A stretch of DNA of 64,000 nt from Christensenellales bacterium (GTDB lineage Bacteria; Bacillota; Clostridia; Christensenellales; CAG-917): positions 3,671 through 67,670 of the forward strand of contig JBJETY010000036.1 in NCBI GenBank assembly GCA_051883555.1, given 5' to 3'. Within the stretch, counting starts at the first letter, position 1; every line of letters begins with the position of its first letter. Positions 30,716 through 40,448 of this stretch are shown piece by piece. Under the pieces are notes generated by a model. The model worked only from the letters and a program-made list of their open reading frames with translations. It searched no databases and was not told the DNA's origin. The translations under genes and the position numbers were made by a program.

Positions 30716-31489
30716 CTATTTCAGTTTGGCAAAAAGACGACGAGCGTTTATTGTGGATTTTTCAATTAAGTCGTCAACTTCTACGTTTAAAATCTCGCTT
30801 GCTTTTTCTACGGCAAGCCGCGTTAACTTCGGCTCGTTTCTCTTACCTCTGAAAGGCACGGGCGTAAGATACGGGCTGTCCGTTTCAAAAAGAATTCTGT
30901 CTTTATCGATTATCGGCAAAACTTCATAACAAAACTTTGCGTTTTTAAAAGTTATGCTTCCGCCGAAAGCGAAATAGGGGTCGAATTTAAAATACCGTTT
31001 CGCCATTTCGGCAGAGCCGCTGTAACAATGGAACAAAAGTCCGTTTTTTAAATAATGAACGTTTTGGTTTAACAAATCGAACATATCTTCGTAAGCGTCA
31101 CGCAAATGTATTATGACGGGCAATTTCAGAGAATCGGCAAGTTCAAGCTCTTCTGCAAAAACTTTTCTCTGTATCTCTCTTTCCGACAAATCGTAAAAAT
31201 AGTCCAGACCGATTTCACCTATGGCAACGACCTTTTCGTCTTTGGACAATTCTTTATAAAACTCTGCGTCGTCTGTGCAATATTTATTGCTGTCGTGCGG
31301 ATGAGTACCTACGGCGCAATATAAATTTTCATATTCCTTTGCAAGTTTAAACGATTCGTCTGAAGACTGCCTATCGTAACCTACGACGATTGCTCTTTCA
31401 ATTCCGTTTTGAAAAAGGGAAGAAATTATTTCTTCCCTGTCGTCGTTAAATCTTTCGTCCGTTAAATGGCAATGCGTATCGATCAGCAT
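30716..31489 (-). CDS. tatD: TatD-family metal-dependent DNase/hydrolase
   Basis: N-terminal IDTHCHL motif. 257 aa. Overlaps the metG stop by 7 nt, as in the Bacillus metS-yabD arrangement. Confidence 0.93.
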   Translation of the reverse strand: MLIDTHCHLTDERFNDDREEIISSLFQNGIERAIVVGYDRQSSDESFKLAKEYENLYCAVGTHPHDSNKYCTDDAEFYKELSKDEKVVAIGEIGLDYFYDLSEREIQRKVFAEELELADSLKLPVIIHLRDAYEDMFDLLNQNVHYLKNGLLFHCYSGSAEMAKRYFKFDPYFAFGGSITFKNAKFCYEVLPIIDKDRILFETDSPYLTPVPFRGKRNEPKLTRLAVEKASEILNVEVDDLIEKSTINARRLFAKLK

Positions 31490-33453
31490 ACTTTTGAACC
31501 GCTGTTTACGTCAACCATAGGCGTAATCAAAACGACTTTTTCGCCGTCGACGGCACAAAGAAGCATACCTTCACTCATAATGCCGCGGAGCTTAGCAGGT
31601 TTAAGGTTGGCAACTACGATAACTTCCTTTCCTACCAATTCGTCCGGTACGTAATATTTAGCAATGCCGCTAACGATAGTTCTCGTTTCTTCGCCGACTT
31701 TAACGCTGAATTTAAGAAGTTTATCCGCTCCCTCAACTTTTTCAGCCGTCAGGATTTTACCTACTCTTAAATCGATTTTAGCAAAATCTTCAATTGCAAT
31801 TTGCGATATATCCATAACACCCTCCGGTTTTTCCTTTTCTTTCGGTTTTTCTTCTTTTACTTCCGTCTTTCTTGCTTTTAAAGCGACCTCTTCCATTTCT
31901 TTCAGCGTTTTAGGAATATCTATACGGTTGAAAATCGCTTCCGTTTGTTTTACCTTTACACCGTCGATTTTCGCTCCGAACGTTTTAAGACTGTCAAGCG
32001 TTTTAAGCGACTCGCCAAAGTTAAACGACTCGTAAATCTTAGCCGGCGTTTTTGTCAAAAACGGCGAAAGCAAAACAGTGGCAAATCTGATAGACTCGGC
32101 AAGATTATACATAACCGTTGCAAGTCTGTCTGTTTTCCCCTCCTTGTTCAACACCCAAGGCACGGTTTCGTCTATATATTTATTCGCCCTGCTGAGTGCG
32201 TCGAAAATACAGGCAAGCGCTTTCGGAGTATCCAGTTTGTCCATTTCGACGGCAACGCTTTCAGGCAAAGCATTGAACGTAGCGATAAGCTCGTCATCCA
32301 CGGCTTCTTTTGTTTTCGGAGCCGGAATAATTCCGCCGAAATATTGCTCGATCATAGCGCTTGTTCGCTTTACAAGATTTCCTAAAGTATTGGCTAAATC
32401 GCTGTTGATTCTTTTCAAAAGCAATTCGTTTGTATAAGCGCCGTCCTCGCCGAAAGGAACGTCGCGAAGAAGATAATATCTTATTGCGTCTGCTCCGAAT
32501 TTTTCCGCAAGGAAGAACGGGTCTACAACGTTGCCCGTAGACTTAGACATTTTCTCTTCGCCGAGTAAAAGCCAACCGTGACCGTAAACTTTTTTAGGCA
32601 ACTCGATATCCAATGCCATAAGAATTGCAGGCCATATTATCGAATGGAAACGCACTATTTCCTTTGCCATCATGTGAATATCTGCCGGCCAGAATTTATT
32701 GAAAAGCGTTTCGTCGTCAGAGCCGTAACCTAACGCCGTGATATAGTTGGTCAAAGCGTCAATCCATACATAAATGACGTGTTCATTGTCAAACGAAACG
32801 GGAATGCCCCACTTAAACGACGTGCGCGAAACGGCTATATCTTTAAGACCGGGTTTTAAAAAGTTGTTTATCATTTCTTTGCGACGACTCTTTGGTTCCA
32901 AAAAATCGTCACGCTCTAAAAGTTCTAAAATTTTGTCCTGATATTTTGACAACTTAAAGAAATAACTCGATTCTTTTGCTAGCGTTACGTCTCTGCCGCA
33001 GTCGGGACATTTTCCGTCTTTGAGCTGTGACTTCGTCCAATAAGATTCGCAAGGCACGCAGTACCAGCCTTCATATTCGCTTTTATAAATATCCCCTTTT
33101 TCATAGAGTTTGTCGAATATTTTGCTTGCAAGTTTTTCATGGTCAGCGTCCGTGGTGCGGATAAAGCGGTCATAGGAAATATCGTATATTCCCCATAGAG
33201 ATTTAAGGGAATCGACCTGAATATCAACCCATTCTTTAGGAGAAATTCCATGTTCTTTTGCCGCATTTTCAATCTTTTGACCGTGCTCGTCCGTTCCCGT
33301 AAGATAAAACACGTCTTTACCCTGCATACGTTTAAATCTTGCAAGGGCATCGCATATAACCGTTGTATAGCAAGTTCCGATATGCCACTTTCCGCTCGGA
33401 TAGTATATCGGAGTGGTGATGTAAAATTTATTGTCCTTGTTGTCTTTACTCAT
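31483..33453 (-). CDS. metG: Methionine--tRNA ligase with C-terminal tRNA-binding (EMAP/Trbp111-like) domain
   Basis: HIGH-type motif (WHIGTCYT), KMSKS present, zinc knuckle CPDCG. 656 aa. Confidence 0.96.
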   Translation of the reverse strand: MSKDNKDNKFYITTPIYYPSGKWHIGTCYTTVICDALARFKRMQGKDVFYLTGTDEHGQKIENAAKEHGISPKEWVDIQVDSLKSLWGIYDISYDRFIRTTDADHEKLASKIFDKLYEKGDIYKSEYEGWYCVPCESYWTKSQLKDGKCPDCGRDVTLAKESSYFFKLSKYQDKILELLERDDFLEPKSRRKEMINNFLKPGLKDIAVSRTSFKWGIPVSFDNEHVIYVWIDALTNYITALGYGSDDETLFNKFWPADIHMMAKEIVRFHSIIWPAILMALDIELPKKVYGHGWLLLGEEKMSKSTGNVVDPFFLAEKFGADAIRYYLLRDVPFGEDGAYTNELLLKRINSDLANTLGNLVKRTSAMIEQYFGGIIPAPKTKEAVDDELIATFNALPESVAVEMDKLDTPKALACIFDALSRANKYIDETVPWVLNKEGKTDRLATVMYNLAESIRFATVLLSPFLTKTPAKIYESFNFGESLKTLDSLKTFGAKIDGVKVKQTEAIFNRIDIPKTLKEMEEVALKARKTEVKEEKPKEKEKPEGVMDISQIAIEDFAKIDLRVGKILTAEKVEGADKLLKFSVKVGEETRTIVSGIAKYYVPDELVGKEVIVVANLKPAKLRGIMSEGMLLCAVDGEKVVLITPMVDVNSGSKVC

Positions 33454-33587
33454 ATTCGCCTCGGATTTTATAAATTTCTTTTAAATAAAATAATGATTTT
33501 AACGCATTCTTTAAGCATTATTTTAAAAACTTAATTTATTTAAACATTATACTACTAAAAATTGAAATTGTAAAATAAATATAAACT

Positions 33588-34256
33588 ATGAACGTTGTCT
33601 TTTTATTGCTATCGGTATCGGGACTTGTCGCTTTAACGGTAATTAATCCCGAAGCGGTTTTTCCGACTATGATTAACGGCGCTACAAACGCTATAACTTT
33701 ATGTTTAAAACTGCTTGCCATATATAGCGTATGGCTTTCCGTCCTTAAAATGTTGGAAAAATCCGGACTGGACGCAAAATTAACAAAGCTCATAAAACCA
33801 GTGGCGAAAAGACTTTTTAAGGGCGAATCGGACGAGACGTATAAATACATATCTATAAATCTCGCCTCAAATATGCTGGGAATGGGCGGTGCGGCTACTC
33901 CTGCCGGAATAAAAGCAATGGAACTGATGGACGACAATTCGGGGACGATTACTCACAATATGAATCTTTTGCTCGTCATTTCGGCAACGTCTATACAGCT
34001 TATTCCTGCGACCGTAATTGCCTTGCGAAGCAGCGGCGGCAGCATAAGTCCTACCGATATAATGTTGCCCACACTGCTATCGACGGCAGTAACTACCGCA
34101 GTGGGCATTATCGCCTGCAAGATTATCGCACGCTCAAAACGTAATGATAAATATGGCTGTTTACCGTCTGAAAACGAATCTTTACCGAAAACCTTAAGTA
34201 AAAAACCTTTTAAGCTGAAAGAATATTTCAGACTGAAATTTAAAAGCAAAAAATAA
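33588..34256 (+). CDS. spmA: Spore maturation protein A (nucleoside-recognition domain membrane protein)
   Basis: SpmA-like sequence and topology. 222 aa, with an extra basic C-terminal tail. Confidence 0.85.
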   Translation: MNVVFLLLSVSGLVALTVINPEAVFPTMINGATNAITLCLKLLAIYSVWLSVLKMLEKSGLDAKLTKLIKPVAKRLFKGESDETYKYISINLASNMLGMGGAATPAGIKAMELMDDNSGTITHNMNLLLVISATSIQLIPATVIALRSSGGSISPTDIMLPTLLSTAVTTAVGIIACKIIARSKRNDKYGCLPSENESLPKTLSKKPFKLKEYFRLKFKSKK

Positions 34257-34361
34257 CCGCAACTTTACTAAGAACGTTTAAGGCATATTTTCAACCTAAC
34301 GGCGATAGGGAATTTTTCGTAGGTTTTAAACTGAGAAATACTCAATTCAATTTTGCCGTCC

Positions 34362-34486
34362 GACTGCAATTTGCAAGAGCTTACTGCTTTTTATAGACTG
34401 CTGCAATCTAAGAGCTTACAGTATTTTTGTAGGCTGCTGAAATCTAGAAGCTTACTGCAAATCGTACACACTGCTGCAATTTGTAC
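34362..34486. repeat. About 3.5 copies of a 34-39-bp degenerate tandem repeat between spmA and spmB
   Basis: gactgcaatttgcaagagcttactgc... / gactgctgcaatctaagagcttacagt... / ggctgctgaaatctagaagcttactgc... / ctgctgcaatttgtac. Confidence 0.8.
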
Positions 34487-34669
34487 TAAAACCGTTTTTA
34501 AATAAAACGGAAATGAACTTTGCAAACGCTTTTAAAACGCAGATGAAAACTTCATCAAAATACGGCTAAGTGCTATAAATTTTACAATAGTAATTTATAA
34601 AGGCCTTGCAATCGCTAAGGCGATAACTATAAAACGCAATTTCTCCTTAAAAACAAGAAGGGATATCTG

Positions 34670-35176
34670 ATGGTAAAATATATTTTGCCTACACTTGTGG
34701 GACTGATAATTTTATACTCTGCCATAAAAAAGGTAAAGATATACGACTGTTTCATCGATGGAGCGACAGAAAGTATAACTTTGATAAAAACGGTGTTTCC
34801 ATATATTGCCGCCGTTTTTATCTGCATTGCCCTTTTTAAAGAAAGCGGACTTAGCGAACATTTAACAAGACTTTTATCCGTTCCGTTAGGCTATCTCGGA
34901 ATACCGTCTGAACTTACAGAGCTGATTCTTCTGACTCCTCTTTCCGGAAACGGTACTTTGGCTCTGCTTGAAAATATCATAGAAACTTACGGCGCGGACA
35001 GTTACGTTGCAAGGTGTGCCTGTGTGATTTCGGGCGCTACCGAAACCGTTTTTTATATATCCGCCGTCTACCTGTCAAAATGCAAATCCAAAAAAATTTC
35101 CTATGCAATAGGCATAGCCTTGCTTTCAACTCTTATCGGCACGACTTTTGCTTGCTTTATCTGTCGGTTTATTTAA
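34670..35176 (+). CDS. spmB: Spore maturation protein B
   Basis: 168-aa SpmB-like membrane protein (nucleoside-recognition domain family). Confidence 0.85.
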   Translation: MVKYILPTLVGLIILYSAIKKVKIYDCFIDGATESITLIKTVFPYIAAVFICIALFKESGLSEHLTRLLSVPLGYLGIPSELTELILLTPLSGNGTLALLENIIETYGADSYVARCACVISGATETVFYISAVYLSKCKSKKISYAIGIALLSTLIGTTFACFICRFI

Positions 35177-35534
35177 ACCCGTTTATTAAACACCTTTATC
35201 GGTTTATTAAAATAATTTGTTATTAAGTTTATAAACTATTAAAAGCATTTTAAATTTATTATTAAATCTATATTTATGCCCATTTTAGTATGCCTATTTT
35301 GATTATTAAAGATTGCTTAAAATTGTCATACTGTAACGATAAAACGTAAAGCCCGATTTAACGCATTAAAAAGCATATAAACCATAAACGTAATAAGTAA
35401 AAAGTTGCCCTAAAATAAAAAATTGCCCTAATAGATTTTAATTAAAGTCAGAAAAGAAAATAGAAGAGTTAACGACAAAATCAATATATAACGTATATTA
35501 AAATAAAACGTATATTTAATATGCGTAAAATCTG

Positions 35535-35561
35535 AAAAATAAAACGGCGTTTAAAACGCCG
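35535..35561 (-). terminator. Intrinsic terminator after dus
   Basis: The stem read on the plus strand is CGGCGTT-taa-AACGCCG (35545-35561). On the minus strand it is followed by TTTTATTTTT and lies immediately after the dus stop codon. Confidence 0.7.
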
Positions 35562-35563
35562 CC

Positions 35564-36478
35564 CTAAAAATATTCTTCAACCGCTTTCATCATTTCATCG
35601 TAATTTGCTAACGACGTAAATACCAAATTCGTCTTTTTCGGCAGTTGCGCCGTTTTTGCATAAGCGCACAAATGCTTTTTCATAACTTGCACCAGAACGT
35701 GTTCGGGATAATACGTCTTTGCAATTTCAATCTGTTTTAAAACGTCGCCTTTGACATCCTTTTCAAAAGGCAATCCTAAAATTTCCGAAAAGATAAACGG
35801 TCTGCCGATGGCCGCTCTCGCCACCATAACTCCGTCTGCTTTCGTGTATTCCATAGCCTTTAAATAGCTCTCCCTTGAATCGACGTCGCCGTTAACTATT
35901 ACGGGAACGTCGACTGCCTCTTTGACGAGCTTTGCAAAACTCCAATCGGCTTCTCCGCCGTAAAACTCCGCCTGCCGTCTGCCGTGAACCGTAACGGCGT
36001 CCGCTCCGCCCTTTTGCGCCATAACCGCACATTCGAGCACGTTATCGCTTAAATGGCCTATTCTGAATTTAACGGTAACTGCCTTTTTACTTTCCTTTGC
36101 GGCCGCAACTATTTCCGACACCAGCGTCGGATTGTCCATAACCGCACTGCCGTCGCCGTTTGACACTATCTTTCTTACCGGACAACCCATATTGATGTCG
36201 ATAATGTCGAATTTTTGCAATTCCTCGAAGGCGACTACCTTTCTGAAAATTTCGGGGTCGCTGCCGAAAAGTTGCACGGCCCTCGGACTTTCGTCGTCCA
36301 GCGTTTCAAGCAACGTCTTCGTATTGCCGCCGTAGTATAAGCCTTTTGCACTTACCATTTCGGTGTATGTAACCGCCGCCCCATATTTCCTTGCAAGGTA
36401 CCTCATCGCGATATCGCTGTAACCTGCAATAGGTGCAAACGTTAAATTGTTTTTCAGTTCTATTCCGCCGATTTGCAT
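35564..36478 (-). CDS. dus: tRNA-dihydrouridine synthase
   Basis: TIM-barrel Dus family (NMGCPV motif). 304 aa. Confidence 0.92.
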   Translation of the reverse strand: MQIGGIELKNNLTFAPIAGYSDIAMRYLARKYGAAVTYTEMVSAKGLYYGGNTKTLLETLDDESPRAVQLFGSDPEIFRKVVAFEELQKFDIIDINMGCPVRKIVSNGDGSAVMDNPTLVSEIVAAAKESKKAVTVKFRIGHLSDNVLECAVMAQKGGADAVTVHGRRQAEFYGGEADWSFAKLVKEAVDVPVIVNGDVDSRESYLKAMEYTKADGVMVARAAIGRPFIFSEILGLPFEKDVKGDVLKQIEIAKTYYPEHVLVQVMKKHLCAYAKTAQLPKKTNLVFTSLANYDEMMKAVEEYF

Positions 36479-37545
36479 TTTTCTTTTTCCTTAACTTTTC
36501 CCCAAGCCTCATCCATTTCGGCAAGGCTACACTCGTCAAGATTCTTTCCGATAGACAAAATATAATCTTCCATAGCTGCAAAACGGCGCATAAACTTCTC
36601 GGTTGCGGCTTTAAGCGTCAATTCAGGTTCAATGTCTAAAAGCCTTAAATAATTGACGACGGCAAAAAGCAAATCGCCGCATTCGTCGGTAATCTCGCTT
36701 TCCGACTTCGCAGACAGTATTTCGTTTAATTCTTCCTTTACTTTCAAAAGAGCGTCGTCTGCCGACGGAAAATCAAAGCCGCATTTTTTTGCTCTTTTCT
36801 GCACCTTATTGGCATACATGAGCGACGGCAAATTTTTCGGGACTCTATTCATCGAATCGGAATAGGAAGTATATTGTTTTTCCTTTTTCTTTGCGTCGTT
36901 CCAGAAGTTTAAAGCCTCGTCGGCATTTTCCGCGTGGTTTTGTCCGAATATATGCGTATGCCTTGTAATAAGCTTATTGCAAAGTTCATATAACATATCT
37001 CCGTAATCGAATTCTCCGTTATCCATTGCCACGTGCGTATGGAAAACCGCCTGAAGTAAAACGTCCCCCGTTTCTTCGAGCATCATGGCTTTGTCGCCCG
37101 CGTCGATTGCTTCGAGCAATTCGTAAGCTTCTTCAATAAGATTTATTCTTATACTCTCGTGAGTCTGAGCTTTATCCCACTCGCAACCGTCTTTCGCTCT
37201 GAGCCTTGTCATAATGGAAATAAGGTCGTTAAAGTCGAAACGTTTACGTTCCTGCACGGGAAGTTTGGGTATGTATACGATAGCCTTTCCGCCTGAAAAG
37301 CTACCCAACTTCATTTCTTGCATATCGTCCGCAAAAACTTTTACGTCGACGTTTCCGAATGCAAACAACGCCTTATCTAAAAACTCGTTTTCACCGTCGG
37401 AAAAAATAAGAACGTCCACGCTTTTATCGGTAAAAAACTGATTTCTGTCTTTTATATCCGAAGCATTGTAAAAAACGTGCGAACCTTTTAAAACCCGTTT
37501 CAACTCATCGTATTTCTCAATTATTTCAAACACTTTACACCTCAC
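36460..37545 (-). CDS. mazG: MazG-family nucleoside triphosphate pyrophosphohydrolase (YabN-like) with short N-terminal extra domain
   Basis: Tandem MazG domains (EEAYELLEAI..., EELNEILSA...). Sits in the YabN position after the yabM-like flippase. About 107 aa at the N-terminus are unassigned. Confidence 0.88.
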   Translation of the reverse strand: MRCKVFEIIEKYDELKRVLKGSHVFYNASDIKDRNQFFTDKSVDVLIFSDGENEFLDKALFAFGNVDVKVFADDMQEMKLGSFSGGKAIVYIPKLPVQERKRFDFNDLISIMTRLRAKDGCEWDKAQTHESIRINLIEEAYELLEAIDAGDKAMMLEETGDVLLQAVFHTHVAMDNGEFDYGDMLYELCNKLITRHTHIFGQNHAENADEALNFWNDAKKKEKQYTSYSDSMNRVPKNLPSLMYANKVQKRAKKCGFDFPSADDALLKVKEELNEILSAKSESEITDECGDLLFAVVNYLRLLDIEPELTLKAATEKFMRRFAAMEDYILSIGKNLDECSLAEMDEAWGKVKEKEKCKSAE

Positions 37546-39160
37546 CGTCCCAAAACCTCAATCGGTTTCTCGTTTTAATTAAAAATCCTGACATCGGTAA
37601 ACTTTGCGTTTCATCCATGGTAAATACGTCAAACGCCGTAATGATAAAGAAATAAATTATTCCGCCCAAAACGACCGACAATATTAACTGCAAATATATA
37701 TTAACGAAAATAATTTTATTAAGCAAGCTAATTAAAGCAATTAACGCAGAACCGAACGTTATAATTCCGACGCCTCTTATCATCTCTTTACGATAACCTA
37801 TTTGTTTTATTATGAGAGTCGAATTAATAATCAACGCCGTAACGGAAAGCATAAGACTTCCTATTGCGGCCGCCATAATGCCAAGCGTTGAAGTAAGGGT
37901 TACGATGATAACCGTCTTTATTACTACGCCGATAAGCATGGACAACGCAGAATCGTATACCTTATCCAATGCGCTTAAAATCGCGCCGAAAATTTCGGCA
38001 AGCGACATCGCTATGATGCTAGGCGCCATAACGACGATAAGCGAAGCACCCGTTTTTATTGCCGCTTCGCCGAGCCGAGGGTAAAGCAACGCCATAATTT
38101 CATAGTTAAAAAACATGAATAATATCATAACGGGAATACCAATCAGCAGACAAAGTTTGACGGATAATCTCGTTTTAAGAAGTATTCCGTCAAGATTGCG
38201 TTGTTCTCTTTCCTTGGACATGCTGGGAACTATCGACGCGGCAAGCGATAATAAAATCATAATCGGCATATTGATTAAAGTCGTAACCTGTCCCGAATAT
38301 ATCCCGTACATTGCCGTAGCCTCCGCAGCGCTTGCATTCGTTTTCAAAAGATTTACTATAAGGAAGCTGTCTATAAGCGACGACAGAGGCAACACTATCG
38401 ATAAAAAGGTAAAAGGGACTACAACTCCTAAAAATTTTTTTATTTCGCCTTTTTGATATTTTACGTCGTTTCGCAGTGAATTTCCGTGCATCGACTTTCT
38501 TTCTTTGCTCCTTACGACAAGATAGCTTATTGAAAGAAATAGTATCGCGACAAATTCGCTTGCCGTTACGGCTAAAAGCGTTCCGTATAACGCATACCTT
38601 ATATTTTGTTTTACCAGATAAAAAGCAAGTCCTAATCCCAATCCCAGTTTTATAATTTGTTCGATTAAATTAGAAACCGTTGTGGGGACCATATTCAACC
38701 TGCCTTGGAAATATCCTTTCATAACGCTTGAAACGGAAACGAAAATTATGCCCGGTGCAATAATCAGATATCCCGCCGAACAATCCGCATTTCCCTGCAA
38801 CTTTCCTATTTCAAAATTCATTGCCATAAGAAAAGTCGCCGCAATAAATGCGGCTATCAAAGAAAGGATAAAGCCGACTTTGACGTGGCGTCTGCCCGAT
38901 AAACCGTTTGCTCTGTCCTCGGCGACTAGTCTCGATACGGCGGAAGTCAATCCGCCGCAACTAAGCACAATAAATAACGAATAAACGGCATATACCATTT
39001 GATAAAGTCCTATGCCTTCCGCTCCTAATGCGTTTGTAAGCGGTATACGATATACCGCGCCGATAATCTTACAAACGATTCCTCCTACTGCAAGCACTAC
39101 GGCTTGCACCAGAAAATTCTCCTTTACTTTGTGCATAAGCCGGACAAAATTTTTACGCAA
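37535..39160 (-). CDS. MOP-superfamily polysaccharide/lipid II flippase (YabM/SpoVB-like)
   Basis: 541 aa, about 14 TM segments, with an N-terminal motif VYRIPLTNALGAEGIGLYQ typical of MurJ/SpoVB-type flippases. Confidence 0.88.
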   Translation of the reverse strand: MRKNFVRLMHKVKENFLVQAVVLAVGGIVCKIIGAVYRIPLTNALGAEGIGLYQMVYAVYSLFIVLSCGGLTSAVSRLVAEDRANGLSGRRHVKVGFILSLIAAFIAATFLMAMNFEIGKLQGNADCSAGYLIIAPGIIFVSVSSVMKGYFQGRLNMVPTTVSNLIEQIIKLGLGLGLAFYLVKQNIRYALYGTLLAVTASEFVAILFLSISYLVVRSKERKSMHGNSLRNDVKYQKGEIKKFLGVVVPFTFLSIVLPLSSLIDSFLIVNLLKTNASAAEATAMYGIYSGQVTTLINMPIMILLSLAASIVPSMSKEREQRNLDGILLKTRLSVKLCLLIGIPVMILFMFFNYEIMALLYPRLGEAAIKTGASLIVVMAPSIIAMSLAEIFGAILSALDKVYDSALSMLIGVVIKTVIIVTLTSTLGIMAAAIGSLMLSVTALIINSTLIIKQIGYRKEMIRGVGIITFGSALIALISLLNKIIFVNIYLQLILSVVLGGIIYFFIITAFDVFTMDETQSLPMSGFLIKTRNRLRFWDGEV

Positions 39161-39651
39161 AGATTAACGTAACCTACAAGCGAAGTCCCGTTGTGATTCG
39201 TAAGCAATACCAGACCGCCCACAACGTCTCCCTGACTTATAACGGGGGCTATAATCTGACTGTTCCAGCTGATTTCATCACCTTCGTAAAGCGGAATACG
39301 CTCTATTCCTTCCTTGAGTTTATACTGCCCCGCTCTTAGGACCTTTACAAGCTCGTCGGAAATCACCTGTCCTTCCGCTTTCTTTTTATCTTTACCTTCA
39401 TACAATGTCACGGCATTACCGTCGCATATAAACACTTCCGCTTCGGTAAATTCTCTCAATGAAGTGGCAATGTCTTCAAGAATATGTCTCATCGCTTCCA
39501 TTTCGGAATATTTTTTCATAGTCATTAATTCGCCTTCCATAGCGATTTCAAGTTCGTCGCCTACGTGCAATCGCATACTGCGGCGTAATTCCTTGGGAAT
39601 AACAATTCTTCCTAGTTCGTCTATTCTTCTTACAATTCCCGTATTTTGCAT
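39124..39651 (-). CDS. spoVT: Stage V sporulation protein T (AbrB-family regulator)
   Basis: N-terminal SpoVT-AbrB swapped-hairpin motif GIVRRIDELGRIVIPKELRR plus a GAF-like C-terminal domain. 175 aa. Confidence 0.9.
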   Translation of the reverse strand: MQNTGIVRRIDELGRIVIPKELRRSMRLHVGDELEIAMEGELMTMKKYSEMEAMRHILEDIATSLREFTEAEVFICDGNAVTLYEGKDKKKAEGQVISDELVKVLRAGQYKLKEGIERIPLYEGDEISWNSQIIAPVISQGDVVGGLVLLTNHNGTSLVGYVNLCVKILSGLCTK

Positions 39652-39914
39652 ATAAAAACCTCCCTGATTAAAATTAGTATTTTATTCGGAAAGAAAAAAA
39701 TTCATTTTTTTGCAATTTGCGATTTGCCTTACGCTCATAACGTAACGTATTTCAAACGCAAACGGGAAATAAAGAAATATAAATATAAGTTAAACGCAAA
39801 ATAATCATACCGAACAATACTTATCGAACAGTACTTATCGAATAAAGCTTTTCAAATAAAAAAAGAAGCGTACGCTTCTTTTTTACGTTAATTAAACAAA
39901 TTGATTTATCGTTT

Positions 39915-40160
39915 GCAAAGTGTTTTAAATCATCAAAGTGATTTTAAACTGCAAAGTCTTTGCATCGGCAACGTGTTTTACAGCATTAAATTTTTTGACG
40001 CTAGCAAAGCTATTTTAAATCGACAAAGCTATTTTTAATTTACAAGGCTGTTATCAATTAATAAAGCTATTTTGAATTGACAAGACTATTATAAATTAAC
40101 ATAGCTGTTATCAATTAAGAAAGCTGTTTAAAACTGCAAAGTCGATTTTATAAAATACCA
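39915..40160. repeat. About 12 copies of a 17-24-bp degenerate tandem repeat (core CAAAGCTATTTTAAAT)
   Basis: gcaaagtgttttaaatcat / caaagtgattttaaact / gcaaagctattttaaatcga / caaagctatttttaattta / caaggctgttatcaattaat / and further units. Confidence 0.8.
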
Positions 40161-40193
40161 AAAATTTTTTACCTATTGCCTAAAAACAAAAAC

Positions 40194-40448
40194 CTACAAT
40201 ATGCTTTCGACTTCAAGGCTTGTAAAATCTCCTGGCGATATAAAATCGCGAGGGAGAAACACCGTTCTGTTGAAAGTCGAAAGCGTTTCTATATGATTAG
40301 ATAAAATGACGGGAGTGGTTACGTCAAACTTTTCGGCAAATAAAGCAAGCACTTTATGCAGATTTTTCGAATCGATTTTCTCAATCGTTTCAACCGAATC
40401 GAATAAAATTTTATCTCCCCGCATTAACTTTATCCACAGCCTTACCAC
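40194..40448 (-). CDS. Small hypothetical protein (84 aa, GTG start)
   Basis: The GTG start overlaps the stop of the upstream flavin reductase gene. GAGGAA SD lies 6 nt upstream. Confidence 0.5.
   Translation of the reverse strand: MVRLWIKLMRGDKILFDSVETIEKIDSKNLHKVLALFAEKFDVTTPVILSNHIETLSTFNRTVFLPRDFISPGDFTSLEVESIL

Noticed and set aside
30377-30929. The 75-, 125- and 83-aa ORFs in the tatD-ksgA spacer.
   Set aside because: They overlap each other and the tatD 3' end, cross a bidirectional terminator (30401-30435), have low-complexity translations and lack SDs.
33454-33587. A T-box leader was expected upstream of metG. A THF riboswitch was likewise expected upstream of folC (52214-52490).
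   Set aside because: The metG upstream region is only about 130 nt, is AT-rich, and has no specifier/T-box motif. I found no THF-like conserved core by eye in the folC upstream region. An Rfam scan would settle both.
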